Positions 27,330 to 37,349 of a stretch of 64,000 nt of DNA are shown in pieces. The position numbers were made by a program, and so were the translations under genes. This DNA is from Clostridiales bacterium (GTDB lineage: Bacteria; Bacillota; Clostridia; Christensenellales; CAG-138). How positions within the stretch are numbered: the first letter of the stretch is position 1; the number at the start of each line of letters is the position of its first letter. Location of the stretch: positions 28,197 through 92,196 of the forward strand of contig CAKJYC010000002.1 in NCBI GenBank assembly GCA_918244965.1. The letters are read 5' to 3'. The notes under the pieces were generated by a model that saw nothing but the letters and a program-made list of their open reading frames with translations, ran no database searches and was not told the origin of the DNA.

Positions 27330-28567
27330 CCGTTCGTCGTGCCGCGCTTAATACGCTGATCCGGATTTTAGAGGACGGCGCCTATGCGAATCTGTCGCTC
27401 AAGGAAGCGTCTGCATCCGTTGACAGAAAGGATGTTCCGTTTCTCTACGCGCTCGTCAACGAAACGATCGCCGAGGCATCCTACCTAGATTACGTTTATT
27501 CGCACTGGTGCAAACGGCAAAAGCGCGCGGTGCGAAATCTGCTACGCATGGCCGGCACCGAGCTGTTGTTTCTGGACACGCCCACTCATGCTGCAATCGA
27601 CGAAGCCGTAACGCTTTGCCGCGCAATCGGCAAACCTGACAGCTGCGGTCTCGTCAATGCGATCCTTCATCGGCTGGACAGGGAACGGGATACCCTTCCC
27701 CCGCTGCCCGCCGACCCGGTCCTTCGGCTTTCGATCCGCTACGGGGTCGCGCCGTTTCTGATCCGGGAATGGCTCGACGCATACGGACCGGAAGAGACCG
27801 ACGTTATGCTGTCGCATCCGCCGCTCGGCACCGTGGTACGCGCGCAGTATCCGTTTACGACAGAGGAGCTGCAGAACGCACTGCCTGTCGCAAGCAGAGC
27901 TTGTCGACACGATCCGAACGGTTTGCTTCTGTCGGAGGGATTTGACATTGCACATCATCCGCTGTTTGTCGACGGTCGGCTTGCGATACAGGGCGAAGGC
28001 GCAATGCTGATCTGCCGTGCGCTCGGCGATGTACGCGGAAAATGCATTCTGGACGCGTGCGCCGCGCCCGGCGGGAAATCGGCATACATTGCTTCGCTGT
28101 CGCAAAACACGGCGAAGATCACGGCATGGGAGCTGCATCCGCATCGCGCGGAGCTGATGCGTACCGCATTCCGACGGCTGCATGTTGACGCAACGATCGA
28201 GTGCCGCGATGCATCGGTGTTCGATCCCGGCCTTCGGGACGCGTTCGACGCCGTCCTGCTCGATGTTCCGTGCAGCGGGTTCGGTCTGCTTTCGGAAAAG
28301 CCGGACGTGCGGCTGCACAAGACCGCGGAAACGGTCGACGCGCTGACGGGCGTACAGGATGCGATCCTGAATGCCTGCGCGCCGTATGTTCGCCGGGACG
28401 GCGTGCTCGTTTACGCGACGTGCACGATCGTGAGGCGTGAGAACGGCGAGCGCGTGCAAGTGTTTTTATCGACACATCCGGACTTTTCTCTCGAAGAGGA
28501 ACGACAGCTTCTGCCGCTTCGCGACGGGACGGACGGATTCTATTACGCAAGAATGAGAAGGAGCTGA
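27323..28567 (+). CDS. rsmB: 16S rRNA (cytosine967-C5)-methyltransferase RsmB/Sun
   Basis: NusB-like N-terminus, SAM motif DACAAPGGK, catalytic DVPCSG and YATCT. Confidence 0.9.
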   Translation: MLTVRRAALNTLIRILEDGAYANLSLKEASASVDRKDVPFLYALVNETIAEASYLDYVYSHWCKRQKRAVRNLLRMAGTELLFLDTPTHAAIDEAVTLCRAIGKPDSCGLVNAILHRLDRERDTLPPLPADPVLRLSIRYGVAPFLIREWLDAYGPEETDVMLSHPPLGTVVRAQYPFTTEELQNALPVASRACRHDPNGLLLSEGFDIAHHPLFVDGRLAIQGEGAMLICRALGDVRGKCILDACAAPGGKSAYIASLSQNTAKITAWELHPHRAELMRTAFRRLHVDATIECRDASVFDPGLRDAFDAVLLDVPCSGFGLLSEKPDVRLHKTAETVDALTGVQDAILNACAPYVRRDGVLVYATCTIVRRENGERVQVFLSTHPDFSLEEERQLLPLRDGTDGFYYARMRRS

Positions 28568-28571
28568 ACCG

Positions 28572-29615
28572 ATGTACTGGATGGACATGACCGAACAGGA
28601 GATCGCCGACGCCGTCGGCGCGTTCGGCGTACCGAAGTTCCGCGTTCGTCAGGTCACGGAATGGCTCCGAAAGGGCGTGCGACCCGCCGAGATGCACAAC
28701 CTGCCGAAGGATCTGCGCGAACAGCTTTCGACGATCCCGTTCGGCGGCGCGACCATCTATCAAAAACGTGTTTCATCTAAGGACGGAACGATCAAGTACC
28801 TGTTTGAGCTGGAGGACGGCAACCTCGTGGAGGGCGTGCTGATGCGCTACTCCTACGGCAATACGGTGTGTCTTTCCACGCAGGTCGGCTGCAATATGGG
28901 CTGTAAATTCTGCGCAAGCACACTGGAAGGCTGCGTTCGCTCGCTGCGGCCGGGCGAGATGCTCTCCTTCATTGCCGAGATCGAACGCGACGAGCCGCCC
29001 GCCGAAGGCAAGCCCCGGACGGTCACAAACATCGTCCTGATGGGCAGCGGCGAACCGCTCGACAATTACGACAATGTCGTGACGTTTTTACGCCGCGTCA
29101 CAAGCGAGCAGGGACCGAATATCAGCGCGCGAAACATCTCGCTGTCCACCTGTGGGATCGTACCGAAGATCTACCGGCTGATTGAGGATGCGCCGCACGT
29201 GACGCTGTCCATTTCGCTGCATGCGCACTCGAACGAGGTCCGCTCCGCGCTGATGCCGGTCAACCGTGCGTACCCGATCGAGCAGGTGCTGGAGGCGGCG
29301 AAAGCATATGCCGACAGGACCGGCCGGCGTGTCGTCTTTGAATACGCGCTGATCGGCGGAACGAACGACGCCGAAGCGGACGCCGACGCGCTTGCCGCAA
29401 GGCTCAAGGGCATGCTCTGTCACGTCAATCTGATCCCGCTGAATCCGGTGAAGGAGCGCGGTCTGAACGGCGTTACGAGAGCGCATGCCCAGCAATTCCG
29501 GGAATGGCTGGAAAAAAGACATATTTCCGCAACCGTACGACGGGAAATGGGCGCCGATATCGAAGGCGCATGCGGTCAATTACGAAGGAGGGTCCTCAAT
29601 GAGATTCACGGGTAA
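28572..29615 (+). CDS. rlmN: 23S rRNA/tRNA (adenine-C2)-methyltransferase RlmN (radical SAM)
   Basis: Radical SAM motif CNMGCKFC, MGSGEPLDNY, and C-terminal ACGQL. Confidence 0.95.
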   Translation: MYWMDMTEQEIADAVGAFGVPKFRVRQVTEWLRKGVRPAEMHNLPKDLREQLSTIPFGGATIYQKRVSSKDGTIKYLFELEDGNLVEGVLMRYSYGNTVCLSTQVGCNMGCKFCASTLEGCVRSLRPGEMLSFIAEIERDEPPAEGKPRTVTNIVLMGSGEPLDNYDNVVTFLRRVTSEQGPNISARNISLSTCGIVPKIYRLIEDAPHVTLSISLHAHSNEVRSALMPVNRAYPIEQVLEAAKAYADRTGRRVVFEYALIGGTNDAEADADALAARLKGMLCHVNLIPLNPVKERGLNGVTRAHAQQFREWLEKRHISATVRREMGADIEGACGQLRRRVLNEIHG

Positions 29616-30321
29616 AACGGAAACCGGTCTGCGTCCGCAGAACGAAGACAGCTATATGCTTTTGCATACGGATTCCATCGACGCCGTCGCCGTTTCCGAC
29701 GGTATGGGCGGTCACAATGCCGGTGAAGTGGCAAGCCGTCTCTCTGTGGAGACGCTGGAACGCTGCCTTTCGGAAAGCCGTGTGATTCCCGAAGCGACGC
29801 TGATAACCGCTTTTTCCGAGGCAAACCGCGTTGTGCACGCGCTTGCCGCCGAGAACGACGATATGTACGGCATGGGCTGTACGCTTGTTGCGGCGATTCT
29901 GGAACCCGATCGCTTTATTGCGGCGAACATCGGCGATTCGCGGTTGTATTATTTTGACGGTCAGTCGCTTCACCGCATCACGCACGATCACTCTTTTGTT
30001 GCGGAGCTGGTACGTCGCGGCGCGATCACCGAGGAAGAAGCGAAAACGCATCCTCGCCGCAACCTGATCACACGCGCCGTCGGCACGGAAGCGCGTGTTT
30101 CCGCCGATGTTTTCTGCCACGAATGGAAGCACGGCGATCTGCTTCTGCTTTGCTCCGACGGACTTTGCGGCGTACTCGACGATGCGGAAACCGCAGCCGT
30201 TCTTCGCGGATGCACCGATCTTGATGCAGCCTGCGCCGAACTGATCGAACGCGCCCTGGCCGCAGGCAGCCGTGACAATATCACCGTTGTGCTGGCGTAC
30301 AACGACGGAGGCAATGCATGA
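29599..30321 (+). CDS. stp: PP2C-family Ser/Thr phosphatase (Stp/PrpC)
   Basis: RPQNEDS, AVSDGMGGH, CSDGL, DNITVV. ATG at 29599 follows GAAGGAGGG. Confidence 0.9.
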   Translation: MRFTGKTETGLRPQNEDSYMLLHTDSIDAVAVSDGMGGHNAGEVASRLSVETLERCLSESRVIPEATLITAFSEANRVVHALAAENDDMYGMGCTLVAAILEPDRFIAANIGDSRLYYFDGQSLHRITHDHSFVAELVRRGAITEEEAKTHPRRNLITRAVGTEARVSADVFCHEWKHGDLLLLCSDGLCGVLDDAETAAVLRGCTDLDAACAELIERALAAGSRDNITVVLAYNDGGNA

Positions 30322-32117
30322 TCGGAACGGTACTCGATCGAAAATACCGGATCCTTGAGCTGATCGGCAGCGGCGGCATGGCAAACGTCTATAAAGCGGT
30401 CAACATGAGCAACCGCCGCACAGTCGCCGTCAAGATGCTCAAGGATGAATATAAGGACGATGCGGAGTTTTTGCGTCGGTTTTCGCGCGAGGCGAACGCG
30501 ATTCTGACGCTGTCGCATGAAAACATCGTTCGCGCATACGGAACGGGCACACACAACGGCATGCCCTATCTTGTCATGGAATACGTCGAAGGGCATACGC
30601 TAAAGGATCTGATCACCAAAAACGGCGCGCTGCCCTTCCGTACCGCGATCGGTATCACCTGTCAGATCCTCGACGCGCTCTCCGCGGCGCATGCGCACGG
30701 CATCATTCACCGTGACGTCAAGCCGCAGAACGTGATCGTCACCGATAAAGGCCGCGTGAAGCTCGCCGACTTCGGCATTGCCCGCGAATCCAAAGCGTCG
30801 ACCGTGACCTTCTCCGGGCAGAAGATGCTCGGTTCCGTGCATTATATCTCGCCGGAGCAGGCAAAGGGTACGCTTGCGACCGAACAGAGCGATCTGTACT
30901 CCGTCGGCGTTTGCCTGTATGAGATGCTGACCGGAACCGTTCCGTTTGATGCGGATGCCGCTGTCAGTGTAGCGCTGATGCATCTGCAGGATAAACCGGT
31001 CCCGCCCATCGAGATTGAGCCTTCAATCCCGAAGTCCCTGAACGACGTGGTTCTGAAAGCGCTGGAAAAGGATTCCGCCGCGCGTTATCAGACTGCGCGT
31101 GCCATGCGTTCGGATCTTGTTCGTTCGCTGTCCGACCCGAACGGGAACTTTGTCAACGAGCCGGAGGAAAAAAAGCAAAAGAATACGCGTCGTCCGTCGG
31201 TGTATATCCTGATCGCGATGTGTATCTTCGCACCGATCATTCTGATCGGCATATTTGTACTGATCTATGCGACGTCCTGCCGCGCGGAGCTTCCGGAGAC
31301 AAAGGACGAAGAGATCGTCGATGCGGTTCCGATCCCCGATACGCCGGCGGCAACCGAAGCTGCCGCTTCCTCCGTTCCCGAAACAGCGTACAGTCAGGTT
31401 CCGAATCTGATCGGATATACGCTTGACGATGCATTGCATGAACTGTATGTCGAAAACGGGTTCACGAATCTGATCGTAACCTTTACAAAGCAGGCGCCCG
31501 AAGGGACGAAGCTCAATACGATCGTCGATATCTCGGTCAGCGACGGCAGTCAGCAGCTGCATTATGTTCCGGAACCGACTCTGCCGGCGACGGAAGCGCC
31601 TGTTGAAACGCCGGAATGGACCCCGGAAGCAAGCGATACGCCCGTTCCGGGAGATTCCGAAACCATCGTTGCGCAAACGCCGGATTCGCCGAGCGAGGAG
31701 ACCGTTCCCGTTGTGACCGCACCGGCTACCGTCTATTCGATCGATTCGCTGACCATCACGCCTTCCCCGGAACATTCACCGCGTCCGGTCCGGTCCGATG
31801 CGCAGTTTGCCTGCAATACCGCGATCCGCATTACCGTGTACCGGAAAACGCTCGGCTCATACAAGGCGGATATCTCCTTTACGCTTTCGCTGAACACGCA
31901 AAAGGAGATCAATCTGGTTGAGATCGGATATGAGACCGCAAATTGTGAAAACATTCCGTATCGTCTGATCCTCATCGCAAAGGAACGCCGCAGCGAGACG
32001 ATTGAGATCACCGAAAAGGCAACGGTGTACGCATATGATCCTGTCACGCGCATGCTGTATCTGTATGTCAACGGAGAGGTTTACGGTCAGCCTCAGTCCG
32101 TCACGTTTGCAAAATGA
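30318..32117 (+). CDS. prkC: Transmembrane Ser/Thr protein kinase (PrkC-like) with an atypical ectodomain
   Basis: Hanks kinase motifs GSGGMANVYKA, HRDVKPQN, DFGIA, SPEQ. One TM helix, one PASTA-like unit, a P/T/E-rich linker and an unassigned C-terminal domain. Confidence 0.9.
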   Translation: MIGTVLDRKYRILELIGSGGMANVYKAVNMSNRRTVAVKMLKDEYKDDAEFLRRFSREANAILTLSHENIVRAYGTGTHNGMPYLVMEYVEGHTLKDLITKNGALPFRTAIGITCQILDALSAAHAHGIIHRDVKPQNVIVTDKGRVKLADFGIARESKASTVTFSGQKMLGSVHYISPEQAKGTLATEQSDLYSVGVCLYEMLTGTVPFDADAAVSVALMHLQDKPVPPIEIEPSIPKSLNDVVLKALEKDSAARYQTARAMRSDLVRSLSDPNGNFVNEPEEKKQKNTRRPSVYILIAMCIFAPIILIGIFVLIYATSCRAELPETKDEEIVDAVPIPDTPAATEAAASSVPETAYSQVPNLIGYTLDDALHELYVENGFTNLIVTFTKQAPEGTKLNTIVDISVSDGSQQLHYVPEPTLPATEAPVETPEWTPEASDTPVPGDSETIVAQTPDSPSEETVPVVTAPATVYSIDSLTITPSPEHSPRPVRSDAQFACNTAIRITVYRKTLGSYKADISFTLSLNTQKEINLVEIGYETANCENIPYRLILIAKERRSETIEITEKATVYAYDPVTRMLYLYVNGEVYGQPQSVTFAK

Positions 32118-32989
32118 CGGAGCGGGGATTGCTGATCAAAGGCGTCGGCAGCTTTTACGAGGTGCTGACGGAATCCGGTGAAACGGTAACGTCGAAGGCG
32201 CGCGGCGCGTTCCGGCGCGAAGGGCTTGTCCCCACCGTCGGTGATCACGTGATCGTTGAGCGCAAGGAGCAAGGCTATGCACAACTGTGCGAGATTCTTC
32301 CGCGCAGGAATCTCATGGTACGGCCGCCGGTCGCAAACGTGGATCAGCTGCTGATCGTCGTATCGGCAGGCGTTCCCGAACCGGACTGGCTGCTGCTCGA
32401 CCGGCTGATCATTGCGGCAAAGCGCATGAGGATCGTTCCTGTCCCGGTGCTGAACAAGATCGACGATGCGAGCGGACAGATTGCAAAAACGTTTGCCGAA
32501 GAGTATCGCGCGTTCGATACGCTGTCCGTCAGCGCTGTCACGCGGGAAGGAATCGACCGTCTGAAGGACATGATGAGAGGCAAGGTGACCTGCCTTGCCG
32601 GGCAGTCGGCGGTCGGGAAATCCTCACTGCTGAACGCGCTGATACCGGACCTGCATCTGGAAACGGGCGATCTGTCCCGCAAAACCGAGCGCGGACGGCA
32701 CACCACACGACACGCCGAGCTTTGGCCGTTTGAAGGCGGCGCAGTGCTCGATACACCCGGGTTCTCCATGTTTGAGACGGATTGTCTGGAACAGGACGAG
32801 CTCGACGCTTGCTATCCGGAGTTTGCCGACGCAGCTCCCTGCCGTTTTCCCGGATGCATCCATATCAGCGAGCCGGACTGCGGCGTAAAACCGCTGCTCG
32901 CATCCGGCGCGCTGTCCGAGGGACGATATGAACGATACTGCGAAATCGCGCAGGAATACCAATACAGGAGGAAACACCGATATGATTAA
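32114..32989 (+). CDS. rsgA: Ribosome small subunit-dependent GTPase A
   Basis: Circularly permuted GTPase: NKIDD then GQSAVGKSSLLN. Zinc knuckle CRFPGCIHISEPDC. Confidence 0.93.
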   Translation: MTERGLLIKGVGSFYEVLTESGETVTSKARGAFRREGLVPTVGDHVIVERKEQGYAQLCEILPRRNLMVRPPVANVDQLLIVVSAGVPEPDWLLLDRLIIAAKRMRIVPVPVLNKIDDASGQIAKTFAEEYRAFDTLSVSAVTREGIDRLKDMMRGKVTCLAGQSAVGKSSLLNALIPDLHLETGDLSRKTERGRHTTRHAELWPFEGGAVLDTPGFSMFETDCLEQDELDACYPEFADAAPCRFPGCIHISEPDCGVKPLLASGALSEGRYERYCEIAQEYQYRRKHRYD

Positions 32990-33629
32990 GATCGCACCGT
33001 CGATCCTCTCCGCCAACTTCGCCGCCATGGGCGAAGCGGTCGAAAAGCTCTCGGCACAGGGAGCCGATTGGGTCCATTTTGACGTCATGGACGGCAATTT
33101 CGTACCGAACATCACCTTCGGTCCCGAAATGTGCAAGGCGCTCCGTCCGCTGACCGATCTTCCGCTGGACGTACATCTGATGGTCGAGCATCCTTGCGAC
33201 TGGATCGAGCCGTTCAGGCAGGCCGGCGCGGATATCCTTACGATCCATGTTGAATCGTCGGAACGACATCTGCACCGTGCGCTGCAGGCGATCCATGCCG
33301 CCGGAATGAAGGCCGGCGTCGTGCTGAATCCCGCAACGCCGATCGAGGCCTGCATCCATTTGCTGCCGGAATGTGATCTGGTGCTTCTGATGAGCGTCAA
33401 TCCCGGCTTCGGCGGGCAGTCGTTCATTCCGGAAACGCTTGCAAAGATCCGTACGCTGCGCAGGGAAATCGACGCGCGCGGGCTGAACGTTCTGATCGAG
33501 GTCGATGGCGGCGTCAATCCGGAAACCGCGAAACAGTGTATCGACGCAGGCGCGGATGTGCTCGTTGCCGGAAGCGCGGTGTTCAAGGCTGCAGATCCGG
33601 CCGCCATGATCCGCATGCTGCGAGGATAA
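32982..33629 (+). CDS. rpe: Ribulose-phosphate 3-epimerase
   Basis: MIKIAPSILSANF, HFDVMDGNFVPN, MSVNPGFGGQ. The internal ATG at 32982 is preferred. Confidence 0.95.
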   Translation: MIKIAPSILSANFAAMGEAVEKLSAQGADWVHFDVMDGNFVPNITFGPEMCKALRPLTDLPLDVHLMVEHPCDWIEPFRQAGADILTIHVESSERHLHRALQAIHAAGMKAGVVLNPATPIEACIHLLPECDLVLLMSVNPGFGGQSFIPETLAKIRTLRREIDARGLNVLIEVDGGVNPETAKQCIDAGADVLVAGSAVFKAADPAAMIRMLRG

Positions 33630-33644
33630 GATCCATAACAAACA

Positions 33645-33680
33645 GGCTGCTGCGTTTTTCAAGCGCAGCAGCCGTTTTTT
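33645..33680. terminator. Rho-independent terminator after rpe, shared with the convergent gene
   Basis: 10-bp stem ggctgctgcg / cgcagcagcc followed by T6. Confidence 0.7.
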
Positions 33681-34182
33681 ATTTCTTTGGGAATGTGACG
33701 CCCCAGATCCGATAGACATGTTCCTTCTTCTTCCGGATATGCGCAAGGAAATCTGTGAGCTTCATCGAATGCGGATTTTGGAACTGATTATACCAGGTGT
33801 ACGTTCCGTCTCCGTTTGCAATGCCGGCAACATAATGCGCGCCGAAGAAGAACCAGTACAGTACGATCACGCCGTCGAACGGCTTCGCCTCCCCCGCCTG
33901 CTTCGGCTTGATGCGGGTCACTTGATAGTCTTTTTTTGCCAGATTCTTCGGAACGGAGGACGAGCGCGTGCCCATCAGGCCAAACAGGTTGGTTTTGATC
34001 GACTTGCGCGCATCATAGAACGGTTCAAACCGCGTTGTACTGTCCGAAGCGCGCATGATGTTGTACAGTGCGATCATGCCGCAGCCATTCTTTGCAACCG
34101 TTCCGAAGCGCCCGTACGGACGTCCCCCGAAGCGCGGATCCTCCTGTGTGTTCAAAAGCCCGTAATCCGAATCCTTTTGCAT
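33679..34182 (-). CDS. Stand-alone papain-fold (peptidase C39-like) protein, function unknown
   Basis: 167 aa with no signal peptide. Candidate nucleophile context KNGCGMIALYNIM and His context FFGAHYVAGI resemble C39-like Cys/His motifs. Confidence 0.6.
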   Translation of the reverse strand: MQKDSDYGLLNTQEDPRFGGRPYGRFGTVAKNGCGMIALYNIMRASDSTTRFEPFYDARKSIKTNLFGLMGTRSSSVPKNLAKKDYQVTRIKPKQAGEAKPFDGVIVLYWFFFGAHYVAGIANGDGTYTWYNQFQNPHSMKLTDFLAHIRKKKEHVYRIWGVTFPKK

Positions 34183-34198
34183 CGCGTTTCTCCACAGA

Positions 34199-36079
34199 TC
34201 AGTTGAAATCGACGATCACTTCGTTGAACTTCTTGTCGTTGAAGTAATTGATCGCCCATGCCGAGCTGCTTCCGTATGTGCCGGTCGGCCCGTATGGCTG
34301 TGTGAAGTTTTTGACCTTGTCGTACCCGAACGTCTTTGCGACCTTGATTGCAAGATCCTGTACCCGGTCGAGCATGGTGAGATATTTCTGCCCGATGGAG
34401 TTCAGAGAATTGCTCTTGCTGTTGCGGTATTTGTTGGCTTCCTTGTCTGCTTCCTTATGCAAATTGTCAAGGTCCTCTACCGCTTGTTTATACTCCTCAA
34501 AGAGCGCGCGCTGTTCTTCGGTATACTTCCGGGTCTCGCCGGCTGCACCTGCAAAGAGAATGCCTCTCGGCGCTGTCACGCCGAAGCCGTTGGAATCGCC
34601 GCCTTCTCCGGGGGGGTCGGTCGGATCGGGTTCCTTTGTCGGCGGCTGTGTCGGCGGATCGGTCGGCGGCGGTGTAACGACCGGCTCGGTCGTTGCGGGA
34701 GGCGTCGGCGTTTCCGGTTCAAGCGTCGGTTCAAGTGTTTCGGCAGGCAGCAGATCGTCCGCATCGATCAGCTTCTGCACGTATTTCGTGAGCGGCGTCA
34801 AAAGCCCGGTATAGTGTTCATACAGCATATCGCACCAGCGGTACCGGGCGTAGGTCAGCGTATACTGTCCATGGGACTTGACCTTAACGCCGTAGATCTT
34901 TTGAATGAGGTCAACACGGTCCGACTGATTCGTGAACGTGAAATTCCACTGGAACAGCGAATGTGAGCTGCCGCCCATGGAGTACATGCCGATGTTGTTC
35001 GGATCGAGGTTGTAAGCGAACGCAGCAAGCGCCGCCGTCTGCGCAAACGTGCAGTTTGTATACAGCTCTCCGTCAAACGTATTGATCAGATCCGGCGCCT
35101 TGGTGATCAGGCGATCGGCCTTCAGTTGCTTGAAGAACGCAACCAGCATGCGCTTCTGCCGCTCGACGCGCTTGACGTCGGTATCCTCGCTGGAGGACAG
35201 GCCGTTCTTGGTCTTGCGGACGCGGCAATAATCCAGAAACGCCTGTCCGTTGATGTGCTGCAGGCCCTTCTCATACGACCTGCCCTGAATATGGAACTTG
35301 ATATCCATGTCGTATTCAAAGCCGCCGAACACGTCGACAAGCTCCTTCAGCGAGGTCATCGTGACCGCGTAGTAATAATCGACGTCGATGCCGCCGAGCA
35401 TCCACTCCGCAGCCTCGCAAACCTTATCAAGGCCCCTCGGATTGACCGAGCCATCGGCATTATACAGACCGCCTCCGCAGTTCAGCGACGCGTTCAGTTT
35501 ATAGATGCCTTTGACGCCGGGGATCTCCGCATACGTGTCGCGCGGAAGCGAGATCAGGTCGACGCGGTTTTCATCAAAGTTGACGGCCATGACCATCATG
35601 ACGTCGGAATGGAAGTCCTTATTCTTCCATTTTTCGCGTTCCGGAGAATAGTCGACGCCGATCAGAAGGATATTGACGATGTCCTTCATCATGGACGTAT
35701 CTGCCTTCTCCATCAGTTCCTGATAGGGATCGACCGGAGGCTCTGTCGGCGCATCAACGGGCGCGGAAGAACCGGCCGTCGGAGAAACGACCTGATCTGC
35801 CGGCGACGTCTGCGTGTCATCCGGACCCGGTGTTCTGAAGATGATCTCATCGGAATCGGGATCGGGTTCTCCTGTAACGGACGCCTGGCGATTCGCCGAT
35901 CCGGAGCATGCGCAGGAGCCGGCTTTTCGGAACGAATCTCCTGTGCCGAGCGAGCTGAAGATCAGCGCGACGGCAATGCCGAGCACGATCGCGCATGCAG
36001 CGATCGTCGAAATGAGAATGATCCGTTTCTTTTTATCCATTGATATCGCAATCCTTTCGGAGCTTGTTTGTATCATCAT
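34199..36079 (-). CDS. LytR-CpsA-Psr (LCP) family glycopolymer transferase with a long C-terminal extension
   Basis: N-terminal TM anchor. LCP core NILLIGVDYS...HSDVMMVMAVN...LISLPRDTY. P/T-rich linker (PTPPATTEPVVTPPPTDPPTQPP), then an unassigned domain of about 140 aa. Alternative start MDKKK at 36040. Confidence 0.85.
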   Translation of the reverse strand: MMIQTSSERIAISMDKKKRIILISTIAACAIVLGIAVALIFSSLGTGDSFRKAGSCACSGSANRQASVTGEPDPDSDEIIFRTPGPDDTQTSPADQVVSPTAGSSAPVDAPTEPPVDPYQELMEKADTSMMKDIVNILLIGVDYSPEREKWKNKDFHSDVMMVMAVNFDENRVDLISLPRDTYAEIPGVKGIYKLNASLNCGGGLYNADGSVNPRGLDKVCEAAEWMLGGIDVDYYYAVTMTSLKELVDVFGGFEYDMDIKFHIQGRSYEKGLQHINGQAFLDYCRVRKTKNGLSSSEDTDVKRVERQKRMLVAFFKQLKADRLITKAPDLINTFDGELYTNCTFAQTAALAAFAYNLDPNNIGMYSMGGSSHSLFQWNFTFTNQSDRVDLIQKIYGVKVKSHGQYTLTYARYRWCDMLYEHYTGLLTPLTKYVQKLIDADDLLPAETLEPTLEPETPTPPATTEPVVTPPPTDPPTQPPTKEPDPTDPPGEGGDSNGFGVTAPRGILFAGAAGETRKYTEEQRALFEEYKQAVEDLDNLHKEADKEANKYRNSKSNSLNSIGQKYLTMLDRVQDLAIKVAKTFGYDKVKNFTQPYGPTGTYGSSSAWAINYFNDKKFNEVIVDFN

Positions 36080-36213
36080 ACTCTCCTTTTTTGAAAAAAG
36101 CTACGGAAACGCAGAATCGTTACGAACATTTTACAAAAACAACGCATTTCATTCTTCAGGAAAATGAAGTTGCGTCTTTTCCGTGTCAGAATTGTAAAAA
36201 TCCGCGAAAAATC

Positions 36214-36242
36214 CTTTTCTTTCCGCTGAATTGTGGTATACT
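36214..36242 (+). promoter_or_regulatory. Candidate promoter with extended -10 for the GT2-GtrA operon
   Basis: TGgTATACT at 36234-36242 with a weak -35 (CTTTTC), 29 nt upstream of ATG 36272. Confidence 0.35.
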
Positions 36243-36271
36243 CTATTATGAGTGATTTTGGAGGTTTCGGC

Positions 36272-37342
36272 ATGGTCGTCGTTATTCCCGCGTATGAACC
36301 AGATGAAAAACTGATCGGCGTATTGAAGGATTTTACCGAACAAACGTCTTTCTCGATCGTTGTCGTCAACGACGGCAGCAGCGAAAGGTGCCGTCCGGTC
36401 TTTGACGCCGTGCAGCGCTTCGACCGCGTTACGCTTCTCACGCACGAGGTCAACAAGGGAAAAGGCGCGGCGATGAAAACGGCGTTCCGCTATATCGGCG
36501 AACACTTTCCCAAGGATGAATTCGTTATGACCGTCGACGCCGACGGTCAGCACCTTGTGTCGGACGCGCTTCGCGTTGCCGAACGTTTGAAGGACAATCC
36601 GGACGCGCTCGTGATCGGTTCGCGCAAGTTTACCGGCAACGTCCCGTTCAAGAGCCGCGCAGGCAACGCGATCACACGCGGCGTCTTTCATTTCTGCACC
36701 GGCGTGCGCGTACACGATACACAGACCGGGCTTCGCGCGTTCTCCGCATCCCGCATTCCGGAGATGTGTGCGCTGAAAGGCGATCGCTATGAATACGAGA
36801 TCAATCAGCTGATCCACTGCACCAAGCAGCAGATCGACATCGTTGAGGTATGGATCGACACCGTCTATATTGAGGAAAACAAATCCTCGCATTTCCATGC
36901 CGTGAAGGATTCGTTCCGCATCTATAAGGTGCTGCTTTCCAGCTCCTCCATCATGCGTTTCATCGGCGTTTCAATCCTCAGCTTTCTGATCGACGCCGCG
37001 ATCTATTACGGTATCCTCTGGCTTTGTTCCGGGTTTGCGCTTCATGACAATGTACAAGTCCTGATTGCCAGGATCGTTTCGCGTACGACGTCGTCGATCT
37101 GCAATTATCTGATGAACCGTTACTGGGTGTTCGACGCGAAGAACGCGCATCAGTCCTTCCCGAAATATGTCCTGCTTGCGGCTGTCATTTTGGGCATCTC
37201 CTACGGCATAGACCTGCTTGCCATGGCAATCGGCATCAGCAAGTGGGTGCTTTACATCCCGGTACAGATCATCGTCTACCCGGTGTCCTATCTGCTGCAG
37301 CGCGCGTTTGTTTTCCGCGACCGCCGCAAAAAAGAGGCGTGA
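36272..37342 (+). CDS. Family 2 glycosyltransferase fused to a GtrA-like membrane domain (polyprenyl-phosphate sugar synthase type)
   Basis: VVVIPAYEPDEK, VVVNDGS, TVDADGQH, THDTQTGLRAF. The C-terminal four helices carry a GtrA-like motif (NYLMNRYWVF). GGAGG lies 8 nt before ATG 36272. Confidence 0.88.
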   Translation: MVVVIPAYEPDEKLIGVLKDFTEQTSFSIVVVNDGSSERCRPVFDAVQRFDRVTLLTHEVNKGKGAAMKTAFRYIGEHFPKDEFVMTVDADGQHLVSDALRVAERLKDNPDALVIGSRKFTGNVPFKSRAGNAITRGVFHFCTGVRVHDTQTGLRAFSASRIPEMCALKGDRYEYEINQLIHCTKQQIDIVEVWIDTVYIEENKSSHFHAVKDSFRIYKVLLSSSSIMRFIGVSILSFLIDAAIYYGILWLCSGFALHDNVQVLIARIVSRTTSSICNYLMNRYWVFDAKNAHQSFPKYVLLAAVILGISYGIDLLAMAIGISKWVLYIPVQIIVYPVSYLLQRAFVFRDRRKKEA

Positions 37343-37349
37343 CGCCGAT

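Noticed and set aside
36087-36099. T6-G-A6 symmetric tract in the LCP/GT2 divergent spacer.
   Set aside because: It cannot form a hairpin (1-nt loop), and the sequence is low-complexity A/T. It is most simply part of an AT-rich promoter region.
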